The notes under the pieces were generated by a model that did not search any database, was not told where the DNA came from, and saw only the letters and a program-made list of their open reading frames with translations. DNA of 64,000 bases from an uncultured delta proteobacterium (GTDB taxonomy: Bacteria > Desulfobacterota > Binatia > Binatales > Binataceae): the NCBI GenBank assembly GCA_963711565.1, contig CAVQEQ010000003.1, positions 128,001-192,000 on the forward strand, given 5' to 3'. This document shows, in pieces, positions 8,755 to 18,127 of the stretch; the first letter of the stretch is position 1, and each line of letters opens with the position of its first letter. The translations under genes and the position numbers were made by a program.

Positions 8755-9498
8755 ATGTCGGAAACAAAAGTCGCATTGGTAACCGGCGCGGGCCGCGGCA
8801 TCGGCCGCGACATCGCGCTTCGAATGGCAAAAGAAGGCTACGCGGTCGGGCTGATCGCGCGAACCAAGTCACAGCTTGACGAAACCGCCGAACTCATTCG
8901 CGCGCAAGGCGGCAGAGCTGTCGTGACGCCGACCGACGTATCGCGCCGCGAGCAAGTCGTCGCGGCGGTCGAGACCGTCGAGCGCGAACTCGGGCCAATT
9001 TCCGTGTTGATCAACAACGCGGGCGCGTACCTGCGCAAGCGCTTCACCGAAATCACCGAAGAGGACTTCGATTTCCAGCTCAAGGTGAACGCCTACGGAC
9101 CGTTCTTCTGTACCCAGGCCGTCATCGGCAAGATGGGCGAGCGCAAGGCAGGCACGGTGATTTTCGTGCTGGGATCGGAGTCGCGCAGCGGACCGGCGCA
9201 ATACTCAGCCTACAACGCGTCAAAGCTGGCGCAGCGCGCGATTGCGGAGTCGGTGGCTTACGAATTTATGCATCTCGGCGTGCATGCTGCCGCGCTCGAC
9301 GTGGACGGCGCCGTGGACAGCGCGCGGGTGCGCGAGTCGATGCCCGACGTGGATCCGTCGCACTTCGTGCCGCCCGCGGCGATATGCGACGAGATCGTGC
9401 ACCTGATCAATCAGTCGAAAAGCGCGTGGACGTTCCAGGTCGATATGCGAGCGTTCGTGCAATGGCGTCCGCGTGTCGCGCCGAAGAAAAAGCCCTGA
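8755..9498 (+). CDS. SDR family oxidoreductase
   Basis: TGAGRGIG, NNAG, YNASK motifs; TTGCAC-N16-TAAGAT promoter upstream. Confidence 0.92.
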   Translation: MSETKVALVTGAGRGIGRDIALRMAKEGYAVGLIARTKSQLDETAELIRAQGGRAVVTPTDVSRREQVVAAVETVERELGPISVLINNAGAYLRKRFTEITEEDFDFQLKVNAYGPFFCTQAVIGKMGERKAGTVIFVLGSESRSGPAQYSAYNASKLAQRAIAESVAYEFMHLGVHAAALDVDGAVDSARVRESMPDVDPSHFVPPAAICDEIVHLINQSKSAWTFQVDMRAFVQWRPRVAPKKKP

Positions 9499-9560
9499 CG
9501 CTCTTGTCCGCGGCGGCGGGTGTGGTCTTGCCGACAGCGAATATATAATGTTCCTCGCGT

Positions 9561-9637
9561 CGGGGTGTGGCGCAGACTGGTAGCGCACTCGCTTGGGGTG
9601 CGAGTGGTCGCCGGTTCAAATCCGGCCACCCCGACCA
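9561..9637 (+). tRNA. tRNA-Pro(GGG)
   Basis: Acceptor stem CGGGGTG/CACCCCG, anticodon arm CTCGC-TTGGGGT-GCGAG, GGTTCAAATCC T-arm, encoded CCA. Confidence 0.97.
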
Positions 9638-9720
9638 ATTTCAACTCTTAGCGCGCGCCCGGCTTCGCTGGCGCCCCCCGAAAAGGCCGTGCGGGCGGAA
9701 AGCTGCGTTGAATTCCCGAG

Positions 9721-10324
9721 TTGAAATCTGTGGCCTCGCTAGTAGTATCAACGCAGCGTATCCGGTTTCTTGTTGCACTTCCTGTTTTCGTTTTCTTGAC
9801 GGCCGGATGCGGCGCTCAACAGGAGCGCATAAACGCGGCGCAGCAGGAGTACGACGCGGCCGCAGACCGCCTCAATAAACTGTCGCTGGCTCCGGAAACA
9901 TGCCAGAGCGAGATCCTGGCCCCAGTGGGGTGTGTGTTATAACAACCCGAACCTGACCGAGAAACGCAGGTCGCAGTGTTTCGATGCGGCTGAGCGCCAG
10001 CCGGTCTGCGACGTGGGCAAAGTGGAGGACGAGCGCACGCAGGCTTTCAACACCGCAAAAGCCGCCTACGACCGCCTCGAAGCCATCCCGGGACATCCGT
10101 GGGCGGCGGCGCCTATGGATATGCGGCCGTTCGAGAAAGAAATTGACCGCCGCATGACTCAGGAAGACGGCTACGCTTCGGATTGCGACCGCGGGCAGGC
10201 GTCCGCTTGCATTCAGTATCAAGAAGCTCTTCAACAGGACCGCGACCAGGAGACGCAGAGACACGAGGACTTCGAACGGAGCCTGGACCTAGATCCGAAT
10301 CCGTATCTCATGACCATCCCATGA
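9721..10324 (+). CDS. Cys-rich putative lipoprotein, split by an apparent +1 frameshift in a C run near 9920-9923
   Basis: Lipobox LTAGC. Removing one C from GGCCCCAG joins ORFs 9721-9942 and 9932-10324 (..EILAQWGVCYNNP..). Start uncertain. Confidence 0.55.
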
Positions 10325-10556
10325 CTGAGAAAAGACCGCCGGGCTCACTCATTCCTGGCGTGCCCGCGCTTGAGGGTAAACGCATCGCCAAGGCGCGCGC
10401 GAGGGCTCGCTGAAGAGCTTTTCGTGCACCACTTTTGCAGCTCCGCCGGATAACAATTCGAATATCGAGTGTAGAAGCGCCCGCGCGCGCGCCGAGCCGA
10501 TCGACCCTCGTCGCCGTCACAATCACCCGGACGGGATTTCGTTTTTCTGCGCGATC

Positions 10557-10844
10557 CTAACGTCCCTTCTTCGGTACGCGCTTGCCCACCGCTTGGCTGG
10601 AGTTCTTTCCCGGCTGGAGAATATTCACGCGCTGGCGCATCTCACGGACCATCTCGACGATCTCCTCGCCGGAGACGTCGCTGTCGATGCCCGCGACATC
10701 GAGCGGCGAGCGACGCGAACGTTCGGGCTGAATGAGGAACACCTGGCCGTCGCGGCGTTTGACCCGCACGGCGCCTTCGCGCCGCGCCCGTTCGAGAAGA
10801 GCGGCGAATTTCTGACGTGCTTCCGAAAACGTATAGACTGTCAC
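10557..10844 (-). CDS. Phd/YefM family antitoxin
   Basis: MTVYTFSEARQKFAALLERA Phd-like N-terminus; GTG start overlaps the toxin TGA. Confidence 0.85.
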   Translation of the reverse strand: MTVYTFSEARQKFAALLERARREGAVRVKRRDGQVFLIQPERSRRSPLDVAGIDSDVSGEEIVEMVREMRQRVNILQPGKNSSQAVGKRVPKKGR

Positions 10845-11239
10845 GGTTGTATCTCCAATGTTTTGATTCCCGCACGGGCGGCAGCGGTCACCAACCCTTG
10901 ATCGAGGGAGAGCAACGCGCAGTGATGCTGCATCGCGCAGACGAGCACATAGGCATCGTATGCGTAGAGATCGAAATTCTGAGCCACTTCGAGCGCCCAA
11001 TCCAGTTCTACGTCTGAAAAGCGGATCGGAATCTGCTGGTACGCTTCGAGTGCGCGGCGGGCCGCGCCAAGGGTAAGCCGTTGACGCTTGAACATGGCAG
11101 AAAATGCGTTGCCGATTTCCCAATGAACCGAAGGAGGTGCAAGCAGGTCCGCAGATGCGGTGGCTTGCACCAAGGCGGCGCGGTGAGGTTCGCGGACGAG
11201 AACCGCGATGATGACGGAGGTGTTGACCACGATTTCCAT
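10841..11239 (-). CDS. vapC: PIN-domain VapC toxin
   Basis: VV(N)TSVII, WEIGNA, YAYDAY, LLSLD PIN motifs; the first acidic residue reads Asn. Confidence 0.85.
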   Translation of the reverse strand: MEIVVNTSVIIAVLVREPHRAALVQATASADLLAPPSVHWEIGNAFSAMFKRQRLTLGAARRALEAYQQIPIRFSDVELDWALEVAQNFDLYAYDAYVLVCAMQHHCALLSLDQGLVTAAARAGIKTLEIQP

Positions 11240-11351
11240 ACCTGAGCAATTGTACAACACGGCTTCGGCAGTTTCCACCTGTTCTCTTCCTGCCCCCGCG
11301 GCGGTCGAGAGATTAGGTAGCTGAAGGACGACGTAACCGGAGCTTCGGCTT

Positions 11352-11912
11352 GTGCGTCTATATAGCGGTCATCGGCGAGCGGATGGGTTTATCTTGCGGA
11401 CAAATCAAAAGATTCGCGGCCGATCCGATCACAGTCATCGTGGAATTCTGTGCGCCGTTGCCCTCGCGGTGCTGATAGCTCCCACCACGCTGAGCGCGCC
11501 CGCCTTCGCAGATGTTTCGCCTGGATTCTTCGGCCGTGCGGCTAGCGCCAACGTCGATGATCAACCCGTCCAATTGGCGGAAGCGAATCTTCCGCCCGTC
11601 GGCAGTCTCGATGACTACGTGCGCGAAGGGAATGAGAATGGCGGCGGGTCGAGCTATCAGCCGCAAGGCGTTCCACCGCAAGGTTATCAGCCGCAGGCGG
11701 TGCCTCCGCAGGGATACTATCCCCAAGGCGCGCCGCCGCAGGAATGGAACAACGGCTATGCCGACCCCAACGCGGAGCGCAACGCGCTGATCGGTGCCGC
11801 GGTTGTAGGGGCCATGGCCGTTGGACTGTGGGCCTGGCAGCAGCATCAGATGCAACAAGCTCAGCGACGCGCCCGCAAGCATTATTATTCGCATCGACGC
11901 GCCTACGATTAG
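11352..11912 (+). CDS. Hypothetical exported protein with Pro/Gln tandem repeats and C-terminal hydrophobic helix
   Basis: Signal-like segment ending AFA-D, repeats, ALIGAAVVGAMAVGLW helix, basic tail. Start uncertain. Confidence 0.65.
   Translation: MRLYSGHRRADGFILRTNQKIRGRSDHSHRGILCAVALAVLIAPTTLSAPAFADVSPGFFGRAASANVDDQPVQLAEANLPPVGSLDDYVREGNENGGGSSYQPQGVPPQGYQPQAVPPQGYYPQGAPPQEWNNGYADPNAERNALIGAAVVGAMAVGLWAWQQHQMQQAQRRARKHYYSHRRAYD
11655..11744 (+). repeat. Three 30-bp coding tandem repeats (YQPQGVPPQG-like)
   Basis: YQPQGVPPQG / YQPQAVPPQG / YYPQGAPPQE. Confidence 0.85.
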
Positions 11913-11952
11913 GCGCCTGGCGAGTACTCGCACGAAACAGTGAAATAAGACC

Positions 11953-12006
11953 GTGCGGGTGGTCTCACCGGTCCCCGTAAGACCTTATGGTGAGGCCGAC
12001 CCGCAC
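11953..12006. terminator. Long hairpin between convergent genes
   Basis: GTGCGGGT-GGTCTCACC ... GGTGAGGCC-G-ACCCGCAC; no clear U tract. Confidence 0.5.
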
Positions 12007-12024
12007 AGCGGAGGCACAGATTGA

Positions 12025-13728
12025 TCAGGCAGGCTTGGTGACGAGAACAGTCTCCTTGCCTTTCTTCTTGGAGTTGCGCACGAAGTAGAAAGCTCCGTAA
12101 GCTCCCCACAGGACGGCGATTCCGACCGCCATCAGCGGCTCTTTTACGCTGCCGAGTCCTTCCATCGGGCCGATCACGTAAAACGCCATACAGGCAAAGT
12201 TCGCAAGCGCGCCGAAGATGGGTATCGCCATGTGTTTCACGCCATGGAACATATGATGCTCGCGGTACGCGACTATGCAGCAGACGTTGGTCAACCCATA
12301 GACGATAAACGTTCCGAAGTTCGAGATTAGCGTGATCAACGCCAGTCCGTTCGGCAGCGCCGACAGCGATGCGTTGCTGTTCATCCCGATCGCGTACCAC
12401 AAATTATGCGGCAGCGTGGCGATGGTCTTGTCGTCGGGCGCGGAACCGCCGGCGAAGAAATAAAGGGCCCCGTAAGCGCCGAGCACGGCCGAAATGGCCG
12501 CGAGGGTCCAAATCGTGCGATGCGGCGTCAAGTTCTCGCCATGCAGGAGGCCGAAGTGCTCCGGTACTTCCGCGTCGCGGCCCATCGCGTAGGTCACGCG
12601 GGCACCGGTGTTGATACAGCTAAGTGTCGTTCCTATCAGCGCAAGGAACACAGTTAGCGCTTCGAGCATCATGAATGCCTGGCCGTGGCCGCCTAGCAGC
12701 GCATTGCCGATGATCGTCATCATGTCGCCGATGGGAGCCGCCGAGCCTTTCGCGTCGGCCATGCTATAGGCACTGCTCATGAAGTAGTTGGCGGCGAAGT
12801 ATTCGATCATGTAGCAGAACAGGCCCTGGATCGTCAGCGAGAGCAGCACGCCGCGGGGAATGTCGCGCGTCGGATTCTTCGCTTCCTCGCCGAGCGATGT
12901 GACCGATTCGAATCCAACCAGCAGGAAGATCGCGATCGTGGCTTGCAGCATCACATAGCTGAAATTGTGCGGCGCAATGACCGACCATGCACTAGGATGC
13001 GACGGCGTATCGCCGTTCAAAGCGTAGTGCAGCACCTTCTTGGTGCCATCGAGCGCAAGCCCGGTGGATCCTTCCGGGTGTCCGAGCCGGTACGCGATCG
13101 CCAAAGCGGTGAAAAACAACAGCGCGGCGATTTGGATTGCATTGATCGCGATATTCACCATCGTCGATCCGTTCACGCCGCGAAATGCGATATATGCGAT
13201 TCCAAAAGCCGAGATAATCGCGACGATCGCCATGAACACCGGGCCAGGCGTGCCGGCGTTGATCGTGTCAGGCGCGAAGTTGCCGACGATGTATCCGATC
13301 ATAATCCCGATCGTAGCGACCATCGCTCCCGGATAGACCCAGTAATACAGGTGCGACGCCCATCCGATTGTGAATTTGGCGATGCGGGCAAAGCGAAAAG
13401 CTTTCGTCTTGCTGAGAAATGCCTGCTCAGCAAAGTAGTAGGAACTGCCCGCACCTGGATAAAGCTTGGCGAGTTCTGAGTACGAGATTGCGGTGGCGTA
13501 CGCGAGTAACAGGGCGGCGAAGATTCCCGCCCACATCGCGACGCCGGATGGGTAGGCGTAGCCCGCCTGGACTACAAACGTAATCCATAGGAAGGCTCCC
13601 GGCGCAATGAGCGCCATCGCATTGACCGTCACACCGGTCAACCCCAGAGTTGCTTTCATCTTTGGTTCTGCTGATTCGGCCATCCTTACACCTTTTGTGT
13701 TGGGCGCAGCGTTGCGCGTTGCACTCAT
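12025..13728 (-). CDS. APC family amino acid permease
   Basis: Multiple TM helices; YSELAKLYPGAGSSY, VGFES..GEEAKNP, ARVTYAMGRD motifs. Start at 13728 or 13683. Confidence 0.92.
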   Translation of the reverse strand: MSATRNAAPNTKGVRMAESAEPKMKATLGLTGVTVNAMALIAPGAFLWITFVVQAGYAYPSGVAMWAGIFAALLLAYATAISYSELAKLYPGAGSSYYFAEQAFLSKTKAFRFARIAKFTIGWASHLYYWVYPGAMVATIGIMIGYIVGNFAPDTINAGTPGPVFMAIVAIISAFGIAYIAFRGVNGSTMVNIAINAIQIAALLFFTALAIAYRLGHPEGSTGLALDGTKKVLHYALNGDTPSHPSAWSVIAPHNFSYVMLQATIAIFLLVGFESVTSLGEEAKNPTRDIPRGVLLSLTIQGLFCYMIEYFAANYFMSSAYSMADAKGSAAPIGDMMTIIGNALLGGHGQAFMMLEALTVFLALIGTTLSCINTGARVTYAMGRDAEVPEHFGLLHGENLTPHRTIWTLAAISAVLGAYGALYFFAGGSAPDDKTIATLPHNLWYAIGMNSNASLSALPNGLALITLISNFGTFIVYGLTNVCCIVAYREHHMFHGVKHMAIPIFGALANFACMAFYVIGPMEGLGSVKEPLMAVGIAVLWGAYGAFYFVRNSKKKGKETVLVTKPA

Positions 13729-13784
13729 CTCCTCCGGCAAGGTCTATCGCCAGTTGTTCGTGTGCGGACGGCAGCAGGAAGCAT
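13725..13784 (-). CDS. Candidate 19-aa Arg-rich leader peptide
   Basis: AAGGAGGAG RBS upstream; MLPAAVRTRTTGDRPCRRR*; TGA overlaps the permease ATG. Confidence 0.3.
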   Translation of the reverse strand: MLPAAVRTRTTGDRPCRRR

Positions 13785-14079
13785 GCCATTAGCTCCTCCT
13801 TACGAGGCGCAAACTCAGTTATAGGGGTAGTTCTTAGAGGGAGGTGTTATAGCGTTGCAGAATGAAATGCTCGCGAGTGAGCGAGCGCATTGATTGATCC
13901 TTGGTCAATGCAGCTTGCAGTGCAGGCATTTTTCATTATGCACTGCCTATAAAAGGACGTGGAGCGCGCGAATTCTTCTCCAGCTGTCAAGTGAAGCCGA
14001 CTCGCAGTCAAACTTGCTGCAAGTTTTTTGAGCAGTGCAAAAGAAAAAGGCGCTCGCGAGGGCCTCGCATCATCACCAT

Positions 14080-14835
14080 CTACGGGAGGGCATTGGGCAA
14101 GAAATCGAACACGACTTCCTTGAATCGTGGATCGGTCGGCGACGTCATGTGGTCGCGTCCATCGAGCATCAGCAACTGCGCCTCCGGGATCATTTTCGCG
14201 AGCGGCTGGGGGTCTCCAATCGCGTTGTCGTTGCTTCCGACGACGATCAGCACCGGCATCCGCACTGCCGCGAGTTTGGCTGGATCGAACGGCAATCGCT
14301 CCGCGTCGATCAGCGCTGCCAGCGCCGTGAGGTCGTTGGGCATCGACTCTGCGAATCGCCGATATGCTTTTGCCACCGGACTTTTGATCGTCACAGGATC
14401 GTCGGCGCGATAGGCGTCGGCAATCGCGTCGCGATCCGCTTTGTCTTCCAGACCGTCGTCGTACGCGATTCCACCTAACACGATCGCGCGAAAGCGCTCG
14501 AGATGGGACAGCATCAGATCGATCGCGATGCTCGCGCCCATCGAGTAGCCCATCAGGATCGCGCGAGAGATCCCGAGATGGTCCATAAGTCGCGTCACGT
14601 CCGCACCCATGCTCGCGTAGCCGTAGGCGTCAGGAGCGTGCGGCTTGTCGCTGAGCCCGTGACCACGCACGTCGGGCGCAATGACGCGGTACTTCTTCGA
14701 CAGCGCCGCGATCCATCCGGTGCTGCCCCAGTTGTGCTCCGCAGTGGAAGCAAAGCCGTGCACGAGCATGACGGCCTCACCGGAACCGGCGTCATGGTAG
14801 TGAATCCTGACTCCCGCTGAATCGAAAAACGGCAT
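14080..14835 (-). CDS. Alpha/beta hydrolase
   Basis: LVHGF, DVRGHGLSD, GYSMG nucleophile motif, C-terminal DH. Confidence 0.93.
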   Translation of the reverse strand: MPFFDSAGVRIHYHDAGSGEAVMLVHGFASTAEHNWGSTGWIAALSKKYRVIAPDVRGHGLSDKPHAPDAYGYASMGADVTRLMDHLGISRAILMGYSMGASIAIDLMLSHLERFRAIVLGGIAYDDGLEDKADRDAIADAYRADDPVTIKSPVAKAYRRFAESMPNDLTALAALIDAERLPFDPAKLAAVRMPVLIVVGSNDNAIGDPQPLAKMIPEAQLLMLDGRDHMTSPTDPRFKEVVFDFLPNALP

Positions 14836-14839
14836 GCCG

Positions 14840-15445
14840 CTATCTCCGAGCGATTATACGCCGCAATTCGCTGACAGCCTTCAGGAAACTGTCGGCGGGT
14901 GTCGTATCCGGATCGATGAGCCGATGGAGCCGGAAGCCATCCTCCATTGCAAGCAGCGTAGCACCCGCCCAAGCCGGATCGATTCGACCCTTGCGGCCGG
15001 CGGCAGGATTGGTCACGGCAACGATCTCCGCGGTCAGAGCCCTGCGCGCACGCAGGCGTTTGGCGAGTTCGGGCCGGCGTTTTTTGGCGCGAGCAACGAA
15101 GAGGATCAACTCCATATGGAGCAGGGGCAAGCGGCCCAATGGATCCTGCCGGCTGCGCTCTGTCGCCCCCAAGGCCACGATGTAGTCCGTTGTATCGCGA
15201 TGACGCGCCAGCAGATCGCGATGGTGCTGAAGAGACCGCTCCGCATGATCTTCCAGCATCACGATAATCAGTTCGTCTTTACTGGCAAAGTTCGAATAGA
15301 AGGCGCCTCGCGAAAAGCCGGCGGCGGCGGCAATAACTTCTATGCTTGCCGCGCCGATGCCCCGCTCCTCGAAGACTCGCGCCGCTGCCTCAAACAGACG
15401 TTCTCGCGTGTCGGCGCGGGTCGGACGGGTGCGCACTCTTGACAT
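14840..15445 (-). CDS. TetR/AcrR family transcriptional regulator
   Basis: RERLFEAAARVF..IAAAAGFSRGAFYSNFASK HTH. Confidence 0.93.
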   Translation of the reverse strand: MSRVRTRPTRADTRERLFEAAARVFEERGIGAASIEVIAAAAGFSRGAFYSNFASKDELIIVMLEDHAERSLQHHRDLLARHRDTTDYIVALGATERSRQDPLGRLPLLHMELILFVARAKKRRPELAKRLRARRALTAEIVAVTNPAAGRKGRIDPAWAGATLLAMEDGFRLHRLIDPDTTPADSFLKAVSELRRIIARR

Positions 15446-15467
15446 CGCAGTCCAGCCTATCGCAGAA

Positions 15468-15501
15468 TTGCACCTCGATACAAGATCGTATCGAGTTGCA
15501 A
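15468..15501. promoter_or_regulatory. Probable TetR operator
   Basis: Inverted repeat TTGCA-c-CTCGATAC-aagatc-GTATCGAG-t-TGCAA between the divergent tetR and PAP2 genes. Confidence 0.75.
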
Positions 15502-15524
15502 GCTTTTTCCCCGGAGCAAGAATC

Positions 15525-16526
15525 ATGGCTCATTGGACATTCGACATGCCGGTCATGCAATTCCTGGCGGATCACAGGACATTTCTTCTTACGAAATTCT
15601 TCCTGTTCGCCACTTTTATTGGCGAAGCCGACGGCTACATCCTGGTCATCACCTTAATCTACGTCATGTTCGACAAGACGCTGGCCGTCCGCCTTTCCGT
15701 ACTGGTGTTACTGACGATGTGCCTCAATCACGTCCTGAAGATAATCATCAAGAATCCCCGTCCCTTCATCCGCGAAGGCACCTATCTCAAGAAATGGGCG
15801 GTATCAGCGGACAACGCGAAAGAACTTGCGACGGAATACTCGACACCCTCTGGTCACGCGATGGGCGGTTCGTCCTTCTACTCTTATCTCTACGCATCGG
15901 TCGAAAATCGATTCGTAAGAGTCTTAGCTGTCGTGGCGATTCTTCTCACCGGACTTTCGCGCCCCTACCTGGGTGTCCATTATCCCGGGGACGTTCTCAT
16001 TGGTTGGGTGATCGGGCTGCTCGTCGCGCTGGTGGCGATAAAGTTTGCGGACAGAATCAGCGACGGTTGGAATACGCTGTCATACGGCCGGCGCGCGGCG
16101 ATCGCTGTGGGCGCAAGCCTGATTCTCTGGCTCGCCACCATCGCCATCAACGGTTGGCGCATCGATAGCCAGCCGCGCGCATTTTTGGGTTATGCGGGAT
16201 TCCTGACGGGCATCGTCCTCGGCCGCCCCATCGAGTTAAGCGTCGTGGACTTCGATCCCCGAAGCTCCAAACCACTGGCGAAAATCCTGCGATTCGCGAT
16301 ATCCGTTGGCATGGCGCTGGTGTCGCTGATCGTTCTCGAAGTGTTATTCAGAAGAATAGCCATCGACTACTCGGTCCTGGGATATCTGTTGCAATACGTC
16401 CGCTACACGATCGCCGGAGTCGTTAGCATTTTCGTCGCACCGTTGATTTTCACAAAGCTCGGACTGGCTGAGCCGTATCCTGCGAACTCGTCCGACGCCA
16501 ATTTCCGCGTGAACCTGGCCCTCTAA
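15525..16526 (+). CDS. PAP2 family membrane phosphatase
   Basis: KxxxxxPRP, PSGH and SRPYLGVHYPGD motifs. Confidence 0.92.
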   Translation: MAHWTFDMPVMQFLADHRTFLLTKFFLFATFIGEADGYILVITLIYVMFDKTLAVRLSVLVLLTMCLNHVLKIIIKNPRPFIREGTYLKKWAVSADNAKELATEYSTPSGHAMGGSSFYSYLYASVENRFVRVLAVVAILLTGLSRPYLGVHYPGDVLIGWVIGLLVALVAIKFADRISDGWNTLSYGRRAAIAVGASLILWLATIAINGWRIDSQPRAFLGYAGFLTGIVLGRPIELSVVDFDPRSSKPLAKILRFAISVGMALVSLIVLEVLFRRIAIDYSVLGYLLQYVRYTIAGVVSIFVAPLIFTKLGLAEPYPANSSDANFRVNLAL

Positions 16527-16593
16527 GAGCCGTCGGCGGCCTGCTCCTGATACCTTAATCGTTGGCCGGCGTATCTGTATAATGATGCGCACG

Positions 16594-17241
16594 ATGGCGA
16601 TTGACCTCGAAAACGCGCGCGCGCGGATGGTGGTCGAGCAGCTCGAACGCCGCGGCATCAAAGATCCGCGCGTGCTCGCCGCGATGCGCACTGTCGCGCG
16701 TCATCGCTTCCTTCCGGCCGAGCTTCACGACCACGCCTACGACGACGGCCCGCTGCCGATCGGCGACCGGCAGACTATTTCGCAGCCGTACATGGTCGCG
16801 CTGATGAGCGAGGTCGCGGAGCTTAACGGCAGCGAGAAAGTTCTCGAAGTCGGCACCGGCTCGGGCTATCAGACCGCGGTGCTCGCGCGGCTCGCGCGCG
16901 CCGTTTATTCAGTCGAGCTCAATGCTCATCTTCACGATCGCGCCCGCGTGATTCTCAACTCAATCGGTTGCGGCAACGTCCATCTTCGATGCGGTGACGG
17001 CTCCGACGGATGGCCAGAGGAGGCGCCGTTCAACGTCGTGATGGTGACGGCCGCGATGCCCGGAATCGCGCTGCCACTGCTGAATCAGTTGACGCCGCAA
17101 GGACGATTGATTGCGCCGATCGGCGAGGACGAACTCCAGACCCTGGTGCGTATCAGTCACAAGACCGGGCACTGGAACGAGGAATATTTCGGCGAGTGCC
17201 GATTCGTGAAGATGACCGGCAAGCACGGCTTCCAGGACTAG
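16594..17241 (+). CDS. pcm: Protein-L-isoaspartate O-methyltransferase
   Basis: QTISQPYMVA, LEVGTGSGYQTA, GDGSDGWPEEAPF motifs; TATAAT at 16578-16583. Confidence 0.96.
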   Translation: MAIDLENARARMVVEQLERRGIKDPRVLAAMRTVARHRFLPAELHDHAYDDGPLPIGDRQTISQPYMVALMSEVAELNGSEKVLEVGTGSGYQTAVLARLARAVYSVELNAHLHDRARVILNSIGCGNVHLRCGDGSDGWPEEAPFNVVMVTAAMPGIALPLLNQLTPQGRLIAPIGEDELQTLVRISHKTGHWNEEYFGECRFVKMTGKHGFQD

Positions 17242-17303
17242 CGCACTGATATTTCGCGGACCCGCAGGGATGTGGTGCGGGGCGGTGACGGACGGCGGGT
17301 GAT

Positions 17304-18071
17304 GTGATCGAGTCGTGGTTTAGAAGAACGCGATGGATTTCGCGCGCGAGCGTGGCGATCGCGCTCGCGCTGTCGATAGCGCTCGCCGGATGCGGCGATA
17401 GCGTCCCGCCGTCGAGCAACCTTCCGATCGGTTCGCAACGCGCGGTCACTCACGTCGTCGCGCCGGGCGAGACCGTTTACCATATCGCGACAGAATACGG
17501 CGTCAGCGTTGGACGCCTGATGGCGGCGAACGGACTCACCGATCCGCGCGAGTTGCGCGTCGGCCAGGTGCTGACGATTCCCGGCGCCTACCGGGGCGCT
17601 TCAATCGGGACCGCGTCCAGCGGAGTGCATCCATACACCGGCGAGCGCGCGTCGCGCCAATTCCAGTGGCCGGTGCAGAATGGAGTAGTGTCGTCGGGAT
17701 TCGGAATCCGCAACGGCGCGATGCATGACGGCGTCGATATCGCCGCTCCGGTGGGCACTCCCGTGTACGCGGCCGACACAGGCGTCGTGATTTTCTCGGG
17801 CATGCTGCACGGCTACGGCAACACCGTGATCATCCGTCACGACGCTAGTTACGCGACGGTCTATGCCCACAACCAACGCAACCTTGTCAGCGAGGGCGCG
17901 CGGGTGGCGTGCGGACAGCAGATCGGCGAGATCGGGCGCTCGGGACGCACCACCGGCGCCAATCTTCACTTCGAGGTACGGCGCGATAATGTCGCGCAAA
18001 ACCCGCTCGCCTATCTGCCCGAGCCCGCAACGTCAGACGGAATCAGCTTTGCCGCGGCCGGCGGCAGCTAG
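17304..18071 (+). CDS. LysM + M23 peptidase lipoprotein (NlpD-like)
   Basis: Lipobox LAGC, LysM domain, HDGVD and LHFEV motifs; pcm-nlpD gene order. Confidence 0.9.
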   Translation: MIESWFRRTRWISRASVAIALALSIALAGCGDSVPPSSNLPIGSQRAVTHVVAPGETVYHIATEYGVSVGRLMAANGLTDPRELRVGQVLTIPGAYRGASIGTASSGVHPYTGERASRQFQWPVQNGVVSSGFGIRNGAMHDGVDIAAPVGTPVYAADTGVVIFSGMLHGYGNTVIIRHDASYATVYAHNQRNLVSEGARVACGQQIGEIGRSGRTTGANLHFEVRRDNVAQNPLAYLPEPATSDGISFAAAGGS

Positions 18072-18127
18072 TATCTTTGACCACCGCACGCGAGACTGCG
18101 CCCGATAATTGTGCGATGGAATCAAGG

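Noticed and set aside
9561-11300. Integrative element at tRNA-Pro
   Set aside because: No integrase, and no duplicated tRNA 3' end found by eye in the window.
11655-11744. 30-bp repeats as a CRISPR array
   Set aside because: No spacers, in-frame coding repeats with synonymous variation, and no cas genes.
13856-13945. TGCA-rich imperfect inverted repeats as NtrC sites or a sigma54 promoter
   Set aside because: Spacing does not fit GCAC-N7-GTGC and no clear -24/-12 element was found; it may still be regulatory.
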